DNA from: Gammaproteobacteria bacterium
GTDB taxonomy: Bacteria > Pseudomonadota > Gammaproteobacteria > Eutrophobiales > Eutrophobiaceae
NCBI GenBank assembly: GCA_963422205.2
Contig: CAXMWX010000005.1
Location: 192,001 to 256,000, forward strand
Direction: 5' to 3'
Length of the DNA: 64,000 nucleotides
Position numbers and translations under genes: made by a program. A model generated the notes under the pieces. It was not told where the DNA came from, searched no databases, and saw only the letters and a list, made by a program, of their open reading frames with translations. This document shows, piece by piece, positions 23,760 through 34,473 of the stretch; the stretch's first letter is position 1; each line of letters opens with the position of its first letter.

Positions 23760-24950
23760 CTATTCAATAATGTTAGCGACTACCCCGGCACCCACAGTAC
23801 GACCCCCCTCACGAATAGCAAAGCGCAAGCCCTCCTCCATCGCTATCGGGTTAATCAGGCTCACTACCAGCTTGATGTTATCCCCCGGCATCACCATCTC
23901 AGCCCCCTCCGGCAATTCTACCGCCCCGGTCACATCGGTCGTGCGAAAATAAAACTGTGGCCGGTAATTACTGAAAAACGGGGTGTGCCGGCCGCCCTCC
24001 TCTTTGCTCAATACATACACTTCGCACTCAAACCGGGTATGTGGCGTAATGCTGCCAGGCACACATAACACCTGCCCCCGCTCAACCTCTTCCCGTTTCG
24101 TGCCACGCAGCAACACGCCGACATTATCCCCCGCCTGCCCCTCATCTAAGAGCTTGCGAAACATCTCCACGCCGGTGCAGGTGGTCTTCATGGTCTCCTT
24201 AATCCCGACTATCTCTATCTCATCGCCAACCTTCACTATCCCGCGCTCCACCCGACCGGTCACTACCGTGCCCCGACCACTGATGGAGAACACGTCTTCT
24301 ATCGGCAGCAGAAAGGGCTGTGAGACCGGCCGCTCCGGTACCGGGATGTAGGTATCCATCGCCGCCACCAGCTTCTCTATCGAGGCACGGCCAAGCTCGC
24401 CCTCATCGCCCTCCAGGGCCTTCAATGCGCTGCCAGTGACCACCGGTGTCTCATCACCAGGAAACTCATAGCTGTCCAGCAGCTCCCTCACCTCCATCTC
24501 CACCAATTCCAGCAGCTCGGCATCGTCCACCTGGTCGGCCTTGTTCATGTACACCACGATCTTCGGTACACCCACCTGACGTGCCAGCAGGATATGCTCA
24601 CGGGTCTGGGGCATCGGGCCATCCGCTGCGCTCACCACCAGCACCGCCCCGTCCATCTGCGCCGCACCGGTGATCATGTTCTTCACATAGTCCGCATGAC
24701 CCGGACAATCCACATGGGCATAGTGGCGGGTCTCGCTCTCATACTCCACATGGGCTGTGGCTATGGTAATCCCGCGGGCGCGCTCCTCCGGGGCATTGTC
24801 TATCTGCTCGTAGGCCTTCGCCTCGCCGCCAAACTTCAATGACATCGTCTTCGTTATCGCCGCCGTCAAAGTCGTCTTGCCATGATCTACATGGCCTATC
24901 GTGCCAACATTTACATGCGACTTCGTGCGCTCAAATTTCGCCTTGGACAT
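23760..24950 (-). CDS. tufB: Elongation factor Tu (tRNA operon copy, ATG start)
   Basis: Translation identical to 6703-7893; downstream of the Tyr-Gly-Thr tRNAs. Confidence 0.99.
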   Translation of the reverse strand: MSKAKFERTKSHVNVGTIGHVDHGKTTLTAAITKTMSLKFGGEAKAYEQIDNAPEERARGITIATAHVEYESETRHYAHVDCPGHADYVKNMITGAAQMDGAVLVVSAADGPMPQTREHILLARQVGVPKIVVYMNKADQVDDAELLELVEMEVRELLDSYEFPGDETPVVTGSALKALEGDEGELGRASIEKLVAAMDTYIPVPERPVSQPFLLPIEDVFSISGRGTVVTGRVERGIVKVGDEIEIVGIKETMKTTCTGVEMFRKLLDEGQAGDNVGVLLRGTKREEVERGQVLCVPGSITPHTRFECEVYVLSKEEGGRHTPFFSNYRPQFYFRTTDVTGAVELPEGAEMVMPGDNIKLVVSLINPIAMEEGLRFAIREGGRTVGAGVVANIIE

Positions 24951-25014
24951 GTCAGGTGTCTCCTTAATTTATATCTTCAAATGTTAGAAATCGTGCTCAC
25001 TAACCTGGCCGGGA

Positions 25015-25089
25015 TGGAGCCCATAACCGGATTTGAACCGGTGACCTCTCCCTTACCAAGGGAGTGCTCTGCCACTGAGCTATATGGGC
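25015..25089 (-). tRNA. tRNA-Thr (GGT)
   Basis: GCCCATA...CTTGGTAAG...GGTTCAAATCC...TATGGGCTCCA. Confidence 0.96.
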
Positions 25090-25164
25090 GCACCTGCTCA
25101 AATTTATCTGCCCTGTCTGTCTGCCCTGGCTATCTCTATCTGCTCTGGCCTGGCCTGGCTGCTC

Positions 25165-25238
<74 letters not shown>

Positions 25239-25377
25239 TGTGCCTGCATTTTACGGCTGACATTACAATCACCAGCTTGGCTTTTCATATATTGTTTGGG
25301 CGAAAAACTGATTGCTGGCCGTCTTCTGCTATGTATTAAGTTGAGGCTCTATCCCCCGCCACCCGTGGTTATCTGTG

Positions 25378-25462
25378 TGGTGGAGGGGGTAGGATTCGAA
25401 CCTACGAAGGCATTGCCAGCAGATTTACAGTCTGCCCCCGTTGACCGCTTGGGTACCCCTCC
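25378..25462 (-). tRNA. tRNA-Tyr (GTA)
   Basis: 85 nt with long variable arm, CTGTAAA anticodon loop, CCA end. Confidence 0.96.
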
Positions 25463-25482
25463 TGAGGTTGAGCAAGCCGATA

Positions 25483-25511
25483 ATTTTGAATGAATAATCT
25501 AAAGCTGTCAA
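25483..25511 (-). promoter_or_regulatory. sigma70 promoter of the tRNA-tufB operon
   Basis: TTGACA-17nt-CAAAAT on the minus strand about 20 nt upstream of tRNA-Tyr, AT-rich upstream. Confidence 0.7.
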
Positions 25512-25574
25512 CATTAAAGGCTTGATTTACACATGAATATTTCACGCCGGAAATCACGCGGCAAAACGCAAGCA

Positions 25575-26126
25575 TCAGGCCCGGATCACCTGTCCGGTCA
25601 GCGCATGACGAATCTCGCTGGGGCGGCGGTTGTTATCGGTCTCCCCTGGCAGGACATAATCAAGGCGGCGGCCAAAATACGCCCGTACCCGTTGCGGGTT
25701 ACAGGCTGGCGGTGCTTCGGCCGGATTGGCACTGGTCGAGACCAGGGGCCCTGAGCAGAGGCATAGCTGCTGTATCAGGGCATGATCAGGGATACGCACG
25801 GCCAGGGTGTCATGCGCCCCATGCAGCCAGGCGGGGGTAAGCGTATTCAATGGCAGCAGCCAGGTCACCGGCCCCGGCCAGCTTGCCTCGATCTCCCGCC
25901 AGTCAGGCACCCTGGCAAAATCTACCAGTGGCCGTAGCTGGTCAGGATGGGCGGCAACCACGATCAAGCCCTTGCTGACTGGCCGCCGTTTCAGGGCCAG
26001 CACCTTACACACCGCAGAGCGATTCCAGGGATCACAGCCGAGACCGTAGACTGCCTCGGTCGGGTAGGCGATCACACCGCCACGAGACACGCAAGCGCTG
26101 GCCTTAAACAGGTGCAAGCGTTGCAT
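25575..26126 (-). CDS. tsaC: L-threonylcarbamoyladenylate synthase (YrdC/Sua5 family); start uncertain
   Basis: GGVIAYPTEAVYGLGCD, KRR, PGPVT, STSAN. Confidence 0.93.
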   Translation of the reverse strand: MQRLHLFKASACVSRGGVIAYPTEAVYGLGCDPWNRSAVCKVLALKRRPVSKGLIVVAAHPDQLRPLVDFARVPDWREIEASWPGPVTWLLPLNTLTPAWLHGAHDTLAVRIPDHALIQQLCLCSGPLVSTSANPAEAPPACNPQRVRAYFGRRLDYVLPGETDNNRRPSEIRHALTGQVIRA

Positions 26127-26323
26127 CAAGGCACCGGCGGCACACACACAGTCGATCATCATCACCAGAGCAGGGTCAGACCGGGTGCCAGTCTATCGTC
26201 AAAATTGCATGGCATGCCATCCTGGCCTTCTCAAACAGGCAGTTCACAAACACTTTAACAACAGACGGATGCGCCTGTCTGCCGGTTCCCCGCCGCGTGC
26301 TGCCGACCTGCTGGCAACCGGCC

Positions 26324-28702
26324 TCATTTCAGCCTGGCGGTGTTTTTAGCGGATTTTCTGCTTGTCTTTTCGGTGGGCTTTTGGGCCGCCGCCTTGCCTG
26401 TCTGCCTACTGCCCCTGCGCCGGCCTAGCGGTGCCTCGGCGAGCAGCTTCTGACAATCTGCCAGGCTGAGTTGCTTCGGGTCTGTTTGTTTGGGGACTTT
26501 GGCATTTTTTTTGCCATCGGTGACATAAGGACCGTAACGGCCATTCAAAACCGCTATGCCCTGCTCGGTAAATTCCTGGATTTGTTTCTGTGCATCGGCT
26601 TTTTTCTTCTCACGGACCAGCTCCAGGGCGCGCGCCAGCGGCAGGGTGTACGGGTCGTCATCTTTGGGAATGGAGACGAATTTGCTGCCATAGCGGACAT
26701 AAGGGCCGAAGCGACCGATGTTGACAACGATTTCCTCGTCATCCTCTGAGCGCCCAAGCTCCCTGGGCAGCTTAAATAACTCCATCGCCTCATCAAAACT
26801 GATGCTGTCGATGCGCTGGCCGGGACGCAGGCCGGCAAACTTCGGTTTGTCTGCATCATCTTTGCTGCCGAGTTGCACATAGGGGCCATAGCGTCCCATA
26901 CGCACGGACACGGGCCGCCCGGTCTTTGGATCCTTGCCCAACAAGCGGGACTGCGCCGCTTCGCTGCGACTGATGTTATCTTCCTTGTCCTTGATGGTTG
27001 CCGAGAATGGCGTCCAAAATTCCTGCATGAGTGGCACCCATTCTTTCTCTCCGCGCGAGATCGCATCCAGCTCATCTTCGAGCCTTGCAGTGAAATCATA
27101 ATCGACATAATCGGTAAAATGCTCCGTCAGAAACCTGTTCACGATGCGCCCGACATCAGAGGGGATAAACCGCTTTCGCTCCATCGTCACGTAGTCGCGG
27201 TTACGCAATGTGGAGATGATGCTGGCATAGGTGGAAGGGCGACCGATACCATATTCCTCCAGGGTTTTAACCAGGCTCGCCTCGGTATATCGAGGCGGTG
27301 GCTCGGTGAAGTGCTGCTGCGGACGAATTGCTTTTAATGTGACCGCATCGCCGGGCTTCATGGCCGGCAGGGTCTTATCATCGCTGTCTTGTTTTTTATC
27401 ATCGCTATCCTCGGTATAGAGCAGCATAAATCCCTGTTCAGCGACCGTGGCGCCGTTCGCCCTGAAGGTATGCTGCTCGCCACAGGCAAGATCAACCGCG
27501 ACCGTGTCGATCAAGGCGTTAGCCATTTGGCTGGCCGTGGTACGCTTCCAGATCAACTCATAGAGCCTGAACTGATCGGTGGTCAGCCGGGCCTTGATTT
27601 CCTTTGGCAATCGCCGGATCGAGGTTGGCCGTATCGCCTCGTGCGCCTCCTGGGCGTTCTTGGATTTGGTCTTGAATGTACGTGGGCTTGCCGGGCAATA
27701 ATGCGCGCCATAGGTTTGCGTAATGTAATCCCGAATCTCACTGACTGCCTCTTTTGCCAGGGTCACAGAATCCGTACGCATATAGGTGATGAGACCGACC
27801 GCCCCCTCACCCGTGTCAATCCCTTCATAGAGCTGTTGTGCCGTTCGCATGGTGTTTTGTGCTGTGAAGCCCAGCTTGCGTACGGCCTCCTGTTGCAGGG
27901 TGGAGGTGATGAACGGCGGGGCGGGTTGTCTTTTGCGTTGCTTCTTGTCGACTTTCTGCACCATGAGCCTGCCGTTGGCGGCCTGATCAAGCAGCCCCAC
28001 GGCCTGGCTGGCATCGGCTTCGCTGGTGAGGGTAAATTGCTTGACCTTCTCATCGGCAAGCCGGGTTAGCCGGGCGCTGAAATCAACCTGGCTGTGCTGA
28101 AGCTCTGCATCGATCGTCCAATACTCCCTGGACTTGAACTTTTCAATCTCCTCCTCACGTTCAACGATCATACGCAAGGCCGGGCTTTGCACACGCCCGG
28201 CAGACAGGCCACGATGGATCTTCTTCCACAGCAAGGGCGATAAATTAAAACCGACCAGATAGTCCAGCGCGCGCCGGGCCTGCTGGGCGTTGATCAAATC
28301 GGTTGAAAGCTCTCTTGGATGCTGCATGGCATCAAGGATGGCGGACTTGGTTACCTCATGAAAGACCACTCGCTTTACCTGCTTGTCCTTGAGTACCCCT
28401 TTATCTTTCAGCAACTCATACAGATGCCAGGAAATGGCCTCTCCCTCTCTGTCCGGATCAGTGGCCAGATATAAGGTGTCTGCTTTTTTCAGCGCCCTGG
28501 CAATGGTATCAACCGATTTGGATTTTTTTTCAATGACTTGATAGTGCATCAGAAAATCCTTCTCGGTATCGACCGCCCCGGATTTTGGCAATAAATCCCT
28601 GACATGGCCGTTTGAAGCCAGCACGTTAAAATCCTTGCCAAGATAACGGTTAAGCGTTTTTGCCTTGGCCGGGGATTCAACGATCAGCAGTGACTTGCCC
28701 AT
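26324..28702 (-). CDS. topA: DNA topoisomerase I
   Basis: IVESPAKAK, ATDPDREGE, ITYMRTDS active site, C-terminal GR[YF]GPY repeats. Confidence 0.98.
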   Translation of the reverse strand: MGKSLLIVESPAKAKTLNRYLGKDFNVLASNGHVRDLLPKSGAVDTEKDFLMHYQVIEKKSKSVDTIARALKKADTLYLATDPDREGEAISWHLYELLKDKGVLKDKQVKRVVFHEVTKSAILDAMQHPRELSTDLINAQQARRALDYLVGFNLSPLLWKKIHRGLSAGRVQSPALRMIVEREEEIEKFKSREYWTIDAELQHSQVDFSARLTRLADEKVKQFTLTSEADASQAVGLLDQAANGRLMVQKVDKKQRKRQPAPPFITSTLQQEAVRKLGFTAQNTMRTAQQLYEGIDTGEGAVGLITYMRTDSVTLAKEAVSEIRDYITQTYGAHYCPASPRTFKTKSKNAQEAHEAIRPTSIRRLPKEIKARLTTDQFRLYELIWKRTTASQMANALIDTVAVDLACGEQHTFRANGATVAEQGFMLLYTEDSDDKKQDSDDKTLPAMKPGDAVTLKAIRPQQHFTEPPPRYTEASLVKTLEEYGIGRPSTYASIISTLRNRDYVTMERKRFIPSDVGRIVNRFLTEHFTDYVDYDFTARLEDELDAISRGEKEWVPLMQEFWTPFSATIKDKEDNISRSEAAQSRLLGKDPKTGRPVSVRMGRYGPYVQLGSKDDADKPKFAGLRPGQRIDSISFDEAMELFKLPRELGRSEDDEEIVVNIGRFGPYVRYGSKFVSIPKDDDPYTLPLARALELVREKKKADAQKQIQEFTEQGIAVLNGRYGPYVTDGKKNAKVPKQTDPKQLSLADCQKLLAEAPLGRRRGSRQTGKAAAQKPTEKTSRKSAKNTARLK

Positions 28703-28734
28703 GGGTTTCTGTTAAGCGGAATGCGTGTTATCGG

Positions 28735-29232
28735 TCAGTGTCGTGTCGCTTCCATCTCATCCATGACCAGCGATTCCATCCAGCAGACGGATTCTTCCCG
28801 GCCCGGCTGATTAAGCAACACCATCAACACCACCCATTTCAACTGCTGCAAACTAATCTCCTCTATCTCCAGGGCCATGATGCGATCGATGATCAGCTCC
28901 CTGCTGCCTGCATCCAGTATGCCTGTCTGCTCAAGATGCAATATAAAACCCCGGCTCTCGGTATTGAGCTTATCGGTTTCCTGCTCATTGAACGTCCGGT
29001 GACTGGCCACCTGCCCGGTCTGGGCATGGCTATCGGCAGGCTCGAAAATGAGGTTTTGCGAGGCGATGACTGCCAGCCAGTCGAAGGCGCGATCTATCTG
29101 CCGCTCACCAAACCCGACCATCAGCAGCTCTCTCTTGAGGGTGGACTGACTGGCGGTTATCTCAACATCATCTGCAAAACAGTGATCAAACAAATACATG
29201 AGCACATCAAATAAACTGGTGCTGGTCGTCAT
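28735..29232 (-). CDS. smg: Smg / DUF494 protein
   Basis: FDVLMYLF, LKWVVLMVL; dprA-smg-topA synteny. Confidence 0.93.
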   Translation of the reverse strand: MTTSTSLFDVLMYLFDHCFADDVEITASQSTLKRELLMVGFGERQIDRAFDWLAVIASQNLIFEPADSHAQTGQVASHRTFNEQETDKLNTESRGFILHLEQTGILDAGSRELIIDRIMALEIEEISLQQLKWVVLMVLLNQPGREESVCWMESLVMDEMEATRH

Positions 29233-30332
29233 GGGTAATTCCTGCTGTATACACCGGCGGAGCGCGCTGAGATATGTCCTGAAAGTTCAAGTTTCAGCAG
29301 CTTTCCTGTCAATATGTCAATGTTGATCTCGGTAATTAAATAAAGTTCGTCTACAGATATGGGATCACACCCTATATTATCAAGCAGCACTTTTTCAGTT
29401 TCGTCAAGTGTATTTTCATCATTGCCTGACACCTGTCGATTGACGTGCTGCATTTCAGCGACAGGCTCGATGGCCAATTCCTCAGTAATATCGGTCACAT
29501 CATGAACGAGTTTTGCCCCATCCTGTATCAGTTTATGACAACCTGCGGCCAGCGGATTGTTGACCGAGCCCGGCAAGGCGAACACCTCCCTTGCCTGCTC
29601 CACCGCACATCTGGCCGTAATCAATGAGCCGCTCTTAATCGCCGCCTCCACCACCAGCACCCCTTTGCTCAAGCCGCTGATGATGCGGTTACGGCGCGGG
29701 AAGTTGGCCGGTAAGGGTTTGTAGCTGACCGGGTATTCCGTCACCAGGACGCCTTGTTCAGCAATCTGTCTCGCCAGCGATTTGTTGGCGGCCGGGTAGA
29801 GGTGGTGAAAGCCATGACCAAGCACGGCCACGGTTTTGCCAGCAGACAATGCCGCCCGGTGAGCGCAGGAATCAATGCCGGCTGCCATGCCGCTGGTGAT
29901 CACAAGATCGTAGCGGCAAAGCTGTTCTGTGATACGGGCGGCCATGTCTTTGCCGTATTTCGATGGCCTTCTGCTGCCGACAACAGCCAGTTGTGCATGT
30001 TCCAATAACCCGCCATCACCCTGGATAAAAAGACCCAGCGGCGGCTTGTATATCTCTTTTAGCTGGGCTGGATAAGCGGCATCGGTATAGCGGATAAACC
30101 CATGATCATCCTGTTCCAGCCAACGCCTGTCCGCATCTACAGATGTCTGCTCTGGTGAGAGTAAATTTGCCCTGAGGCGCCTGGGCAGGGCGGCCTGCAT
30201 GGCCTTGTCATCACGCAAGGCGGCCAGAAAGCCGGCAGCACCATGACAGGTTTCAATCAGGGGAATGAGATTAACAGTGGTCGTGACGCTGGCATGGGCT
30301 AAGCGCAGCCAGTCGGCAATATCATCCGGCAC
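29229..30332 (-). CDS. dprA: DNA processing protein DprA
   Basis: AVVGSR, SGMAAGID, FPRRNRIISG, SGSLITA. Confidence 0.97.
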   Translation of the reverse strand: MPDDIADWLRLAHASVTTTVNLIPLIETCHGAAGFLAALRDDKAMQAALPRRLRANLLSPEQTSVDADRRWLEQDDHGFIRYTDAAYPAQLKEIYKPPLGLFIQGDGGLLEHAQLAVVGSRRPSKYGKDMAARITEQLCRYDLVITSGMAAGIDSCAHRAALSAGKTVAVLGHGFHHLYPAANKSLARQIAEQGVLVTEYPVSYKPLPANFPRRNRIISGLSKGVLVVEAAIKSGSLITARCAVEQAREVFALPGSVNNPLAAGCHKLIQDGAKLVHDVTDITEELAIEPVAEMQHVNRQVSGNDENTLDETEKVLLDNIGCDPISVDELYLITEINIDILTGKLLKLELSGHISARSAGVYSRNYP

Positions 30333-30440
30333 AGAGAGTCCTCCATGAACATGTTGATGTTGCTGACAACTATAATGCGATCATATCTTTTGCCAATGCC
30401 ATGACTGTCAGACCGGCATGCCGACACCGCCCTGGCATGG

Positions 30441-31487
30441 CTACAGATTTCTTACAGTATCACGCAGATGTATGGCGTTGATGGCCTCCATGATCACGCC
30501 ATAACTGACCTGTTCAAAGGTGCGAAACACCAGCAGCACGCCGGCATACTCCTCAGGTAATGTGATTGAATTGGCCTCGCTGCCGACCGGGTCGGTGATA
30601 ACCGCACCCGATTGATAAATGCCCAGCACACTGCCGACATCCACCCCTTTTGACGTACCGGCATCAATCACCACAACCTGATACTGACCGATCTCGGACA
30701 ACACATCCGTGGCTGAAATCACGGACGCATCGACCTCTGTGGCCGGCTGATGCGGAATAATATCGGTATTGATGTCTGCTTCGGATTGCGGTATCAGCCG
30801 ATCACCGATCAACACCTCCCGCTTAGCTGAGGTTACCACCAGTGAAGATGGGTCAGCCTGCTCATCGAGGATCGCCTCACCGACATAAATTGCCTCATAC
30901 CCAAGCAACTCACCGTTACTCTCATAGGCCCCGCCCTGGCGATAGATGGAATACTTCTGTCTGTCAGCCGCATCGCTAATCCCTTCAACATAAATTCGAC
31001 TGCCCGGCCCGGCGATCAGCAACTCCTCATAACTGGACACCACATAAGGCCAGGCCGCTATCTCACTTTCCTGCACAACCAGCGGATGGGAGAGAAAACT
31101 GCGAATTGCATCAATGGGGATAGTGGGGATCGCCTCTGCCCGATCATAACGGCGCACGGCAGGGGATAATTTGACCGTCCGGCTGTCTGTGCGCTGTGCC
31201 GTGCTGCCGGGACGGTCAACCTGAAGCACGGGGGCACCATCCTGATAGCTTAACGAGATGACATCGCCAGGATAAATTAGGTGCGGGTCGGCGATTTGCG
31301 TGTTCGCCTGCCAGATCTCCGGCCAGCGCCAGGGCTCGACCAGAAAACGACCGGCAATGTCCCACAGCGTGTCCCCCTTGACCACGGTATAGGTGCCTGG
31401 ATTGTCAGGCGAGACTTGAACCTCATCAGCAAAAGCGGTTGAACTGCAACCGATCAACGCTATCAATATGATAAATTTATTCAGCAT
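30441..31487 (-). CDS. LysM peptidoglycan-binding protein (TsaP-like)
   Basis: Signal peptide, YTVVKGDTLWDIA...PHLIYPG; divergent from def. Confidence 0.88.
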   Translation of the reverse strand: MLNKFIILIALIGCSSTAFADEVQVSPDNPGTYTVVKGDTLWDIAGRFLVEPWRWPEIWQANTQIADPHLIYPGDVISLSYQDGAPVLQVDRPGSTAQRTDSRTVKLSPAVRRYDRAEAIPTIPIDAIRSFLSHPLVVQESEIAAWPYVVSSYEELLIAGPGSRIYVEGISDAADRQKYSIYRQGGAYESNGELLGYEAIYVGEAILDEQADPSSLVVTSAKREVLIGDRLIPQSEADINTDIIPHQPATEVDASVISATDVLSEIGQYQVVVIDAGTSKGVDVGSVLGIYQSGAVITDPVGSEANSITLPEEYAGVLLVFRTFEQVSYGVIMEAINAIHLRDTVRNL

Positions 31488-31674
31488 ATGCGATACCTTA
31501 CGTAATATTCTTAATGTAGCTTAGCAATAAAGTCTAGCAAATAGTTTCACATTAGACCACAGTTTCACTTAAAGAAAGCGAATAATCTCATTTTCCTTTA
31601 TACTTTCAGAGGGTTAGCCAAGTTTAGCACGCATCACCCCATGATCAATCAACAAGCGGGAGACCTGAAATACC

Positions 31675-32187
31675 ATGGCAAAATTACCTGTTTTACACTT
31701 TCCCGACCCCCGGTTGCGAAAAAAAGCGGTTCGGGTAGCGAGCATAGACAGTGAGATTGAACAACTCGCCGCCGATATGCTGGAGACCATGTATGGCGAA
31801 CACGGCATTGGTCTCGCCGCCACCCAGGTGAATGTGCAAAAACGCCTGATCGTGATCGATCTGTCCGAAGAGCGCCATTCCCCGCTGATCCTGATCAACC
31901 CGGAGATCACCAGCAAAGATGGCAGCGAGCAGATGCAGGAGGGCTGTCTGTCCGTGCCGGGATTTTATGAAACTGTCCAGCGAGCCGAGCATATCCGTTA
32001 TCAGTATCTTAATCTGCAAGGCGAGCCAGTGCATGCAGAGACGGGCGACCTGCTGGCGGTCTGTATACAGCATGAGATCGATCACCTCGATGGCAAGCTG
32101 TTCATCGATTATTTATCGCCTCTGAAGAGACAACGCCTACGCAAAAAAATCGAAAAACAGGCACGAACGCAAAACCCCATCTTGTGA
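31675..32187 (+). CDS. def: Peptide deformylase
   Basis: [19 protein letters not shown]. Confidence 0.99.
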   Translation: MAKLPVLHFPDPRLRKKAVRVASIDSEIEQLAADMLETMYGEHGIGLAATQVNVQKRLIVIDLSEERHSPLILINPEITSKDGSEQMQEGCLSVPGFYETVQRAEHIRYQYLNLQGEPVHAETGDLLAVCIQHEIDHLDGKLFIDYLSPLKRQRLRKKIEKQARTQNPIL

Positions 32188-33119
32188 GCAATGCCCCATT
32201 ACGGCTGGCCTTTGCCGGCACACCGGAGATCGCCGCTACCATCCTTGACAGTCTCCTGCAATCTGCCGACCTGACTGTCGAGCGCATCTACACACAGCCG
32301 GACAAGCCAGCCGGGCGCGGACGAAAATTACATGCCAGCCCGGTAAAGCGACTGGCCCTGGCACACGGCTTGGCGGTCAAACAGCCGGGCAATGCGGCGG
32401 CACTGGCCGCTGATGAATCACTTGCCGAGGATGATGTGATGGTGGTCGTTGCCTACGGCATGATCCTGCCCGCCACGGTATTACACCGGCCCCGTGCCGG
32501 TTGCATCAATATCCACCCCTCCTTACTGCCGCGCTGGCGTGGGGCCGCCCCGATCCAGCGCGCCATTCAACATGGGGATCAACAAACCGGAATCAGCATC
32601 ATACAAATGGACGAAGGCATTGATACGGGCGCGATCCTGCTGCAATCGTGCTGCCCCATCCGGCCGGATGATACCGCAGCGAGCCTGCATGAGAAGCTGG
32701 CCGGGCTGGGCAGCGACTGTCTGCTGGAGGCACTCAGGCGGTTACAGCAAAACCGGCTGAGTGCAAAGGCGCAGGGGGAGACCGGCGCCTGCCATGCGGC
32801 CAGGATCAGCAAGGCCGAGGCAGAAATTAACTGGCACGCCACCGCCGCCGAGATCGATCAGCTGATCCGCGCCTTTAACCCCGCACCCGTGGCCTTCACG
32901 CAGATAGCGGGCAAAACCCTTCGCGTGTGGCAGGCGGTGGTTTGCGAGACCGGCCCGATAGATGTTGCACCCGGCAGCATCGTTGGGTACACCAGGGCGG
33001 GCCTGGAGATCGCCTGCCGGGACGGCATCGTGCGTATCACCCGGCTGCAATTACCCGGCAAAAAAGCACAAGCCATCGACGACTTCCACAATGGGCAACC
33101 GCAACTTTTCAACCACTGA
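32184..33119 (+). CDS. fmt: Methionyl-tRNA formyltransferase
   Basis: [30 protein letters not shown]. Confidence 0.98.
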   Translation: MSNAPLRLAFAGTPEIAATILDSLLQSADLTVERIYTQPDKPAGRGRKLHASPVKRLALAHGLAVKQPGNAAALAADESLAEDDVMVVVAYGMILPATVLHRPRAGCINIHPSLLPRWRGAAPIQRAIQHGDQQTGISIIQMDEGIDTGAILLQSCCPIRPDDTAASLHEKLAGLGSDCLLEALRRLQQNRLSAKAQGETGACHAARISKAEAEINWHATAAEIDQLIRAFNPAPVAFTQIAGKTLRVWQAVVCETGPIDVAPGSIVGYTRAGLEIACRDGIVRITRLQLPGKKAQAIDDFHNGQPQLFNH

Positions 33120-34473
33120 GCCTGGCATCAACACACCGCCATACAAAACCGCCACGAACACCCGCACCATCATGGCCCGGGTACTCACAGCGGTACTCCA
33201 GCAAGGCAGGCGGCTGGATGAGGCCCTTCGGTATGCGTTGGTACAGCATCCGACATCAGGCGATCACCGCTTGATCCGGGAAGTCTGTTATGGCGTCATC
33301 AGACATTACCCGGCGTTATATCACACGGCCGGGCAGTTGCTGGATAAACCCCTCAGAGCCAGGGATATGGATATCACCGCGCTCATTTTATGCGGGCTAT
33401 ACCAGCTACACTACTTAAACACTGCCGAACATGCGGCCATTGCCGAGACGGTTGCTGCCGTTGCCGGTTTGAAGAAAGCCTGGGCCAAGTCGCTGGTCAA
33501 TGCCGTGCTGAGACGCTCACAGCGGGAGTGGGACCCCCGCCGCCTCGCCATGCACCCGGACACCCGCCTCAGGTATTTACACCCCGACTGGCTCATCCGG
33601 CGGCTGCAACAGGACTGGCCGCACCACTGGCAGGCCATCCTGCATGCCAACAACAGCCGCCCGCCGCTACACCTGCGCGTTGATGTGACAAAAATCCGCC
33701 GGGAAGATTATCTGCATACATTGAAAAAAGAGGCGATCCCGGCCGAGGCCATGCCGGAGGCCAATACGGCGATTCGGGTAGTCAAGCCAGTGGCGGTAGA
33801 AAGGCTGCCGGGGTTTGATAGCGGCCTGTGTACGGTCCAGGATGCCGGCGCCCAGCTTGCCGCCCTGCTCTTGCAACCCCGGGCGGGGGAGCGGCTGCTG
33901 GATGGGTGTGCCGCCCCCGGCGGCAAGACCAGCCATTTATATCAGCATTGCCCGGGCCTGGCCGGGCTGCTGGCGCTGGATGTCAGCCCGAAGCGATGTC
34001 AATTATTGCAGGCAACCATGCAGCGCACGGGCACCCGTGCCACTGTCATCTGTGCCGATATCTGTGCACCGGACGACTGGTGGGACGGGCGGGCGTTTGA
34101 TCGTATCCTGCTGGATGTGCCTTGCAGTGCCAGCGGCATCATCCGGCGTCATCCTGATATTAAGCTGCTGCACACCGAAGAGCAACTGGCCGGTCTTTAT
34201 CAGAAACAACTCGCCATCCTGCAAAGTGCCTGGTCAGTGCTTAAACCCGGCGGCACATTATTGTATTGTACCTGCTCGGTTTTTGCCTGCGAGAACGATG
34301 CCGTCATCGCCGATTTTTCACGCCCCCGAACAGACACAGACATTATGACGATCACACCCGCCATGGCCCCGGTAATGGCAACCGCCCGGGCAACGGCATA
34401 CGGCAGACAGCTCTTGCCGGGCCAGCATGATACGGATGGTTTTTATTATTCTCTGCTGCGTAAAAATACATGA
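33091..34473 (+). CDS. rsmB: 16S rRNA m5C967 methyltransferase; start uncertain (33091 or 33172)
   Basis: NusB-like N-domain, CAAPGGKT, DVPCS, TCS. Confidence 0.95.
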   Translation: MGNRNFSTTEPGINTPPYKTATNTRTIMARVLTAVLQQGRRLDEALRYALVQHPTSGDHRLIREVCYGVIRHYPALYHTAGQLLDKPLRARDMDITALILCGLYQLHYLNTAEHAAIAETVAAVAGLKKAWAKSLVNAVLRRSQREWDPRRLAMHPDTRLRYLHPDWLIRRLQQDWPHHWQAILHANNSRPPLHLRVDVTKIRREDYLHTLKKEAIPAEAMPEANTAIRVVKPVAVERLPGFDSGLCTVQDAGAQLAALLLQPRAGERLLDGCAAPGGKTSHLYQHCPGLAGLLALDVSPKRCQLLQATMQRTGTRATVICADICAPDDWWDGRAFDRILLDVPCSASGIIRRHPDIKLLHTEEQLAGLYQKQLAILQSAWSVLKPGGTLLYCTCSVFACENDAVIADFSRPRTDTDIMTITPAMAPVMATARATAYGRQLLPGQHDTDGFYYSLLRKNT

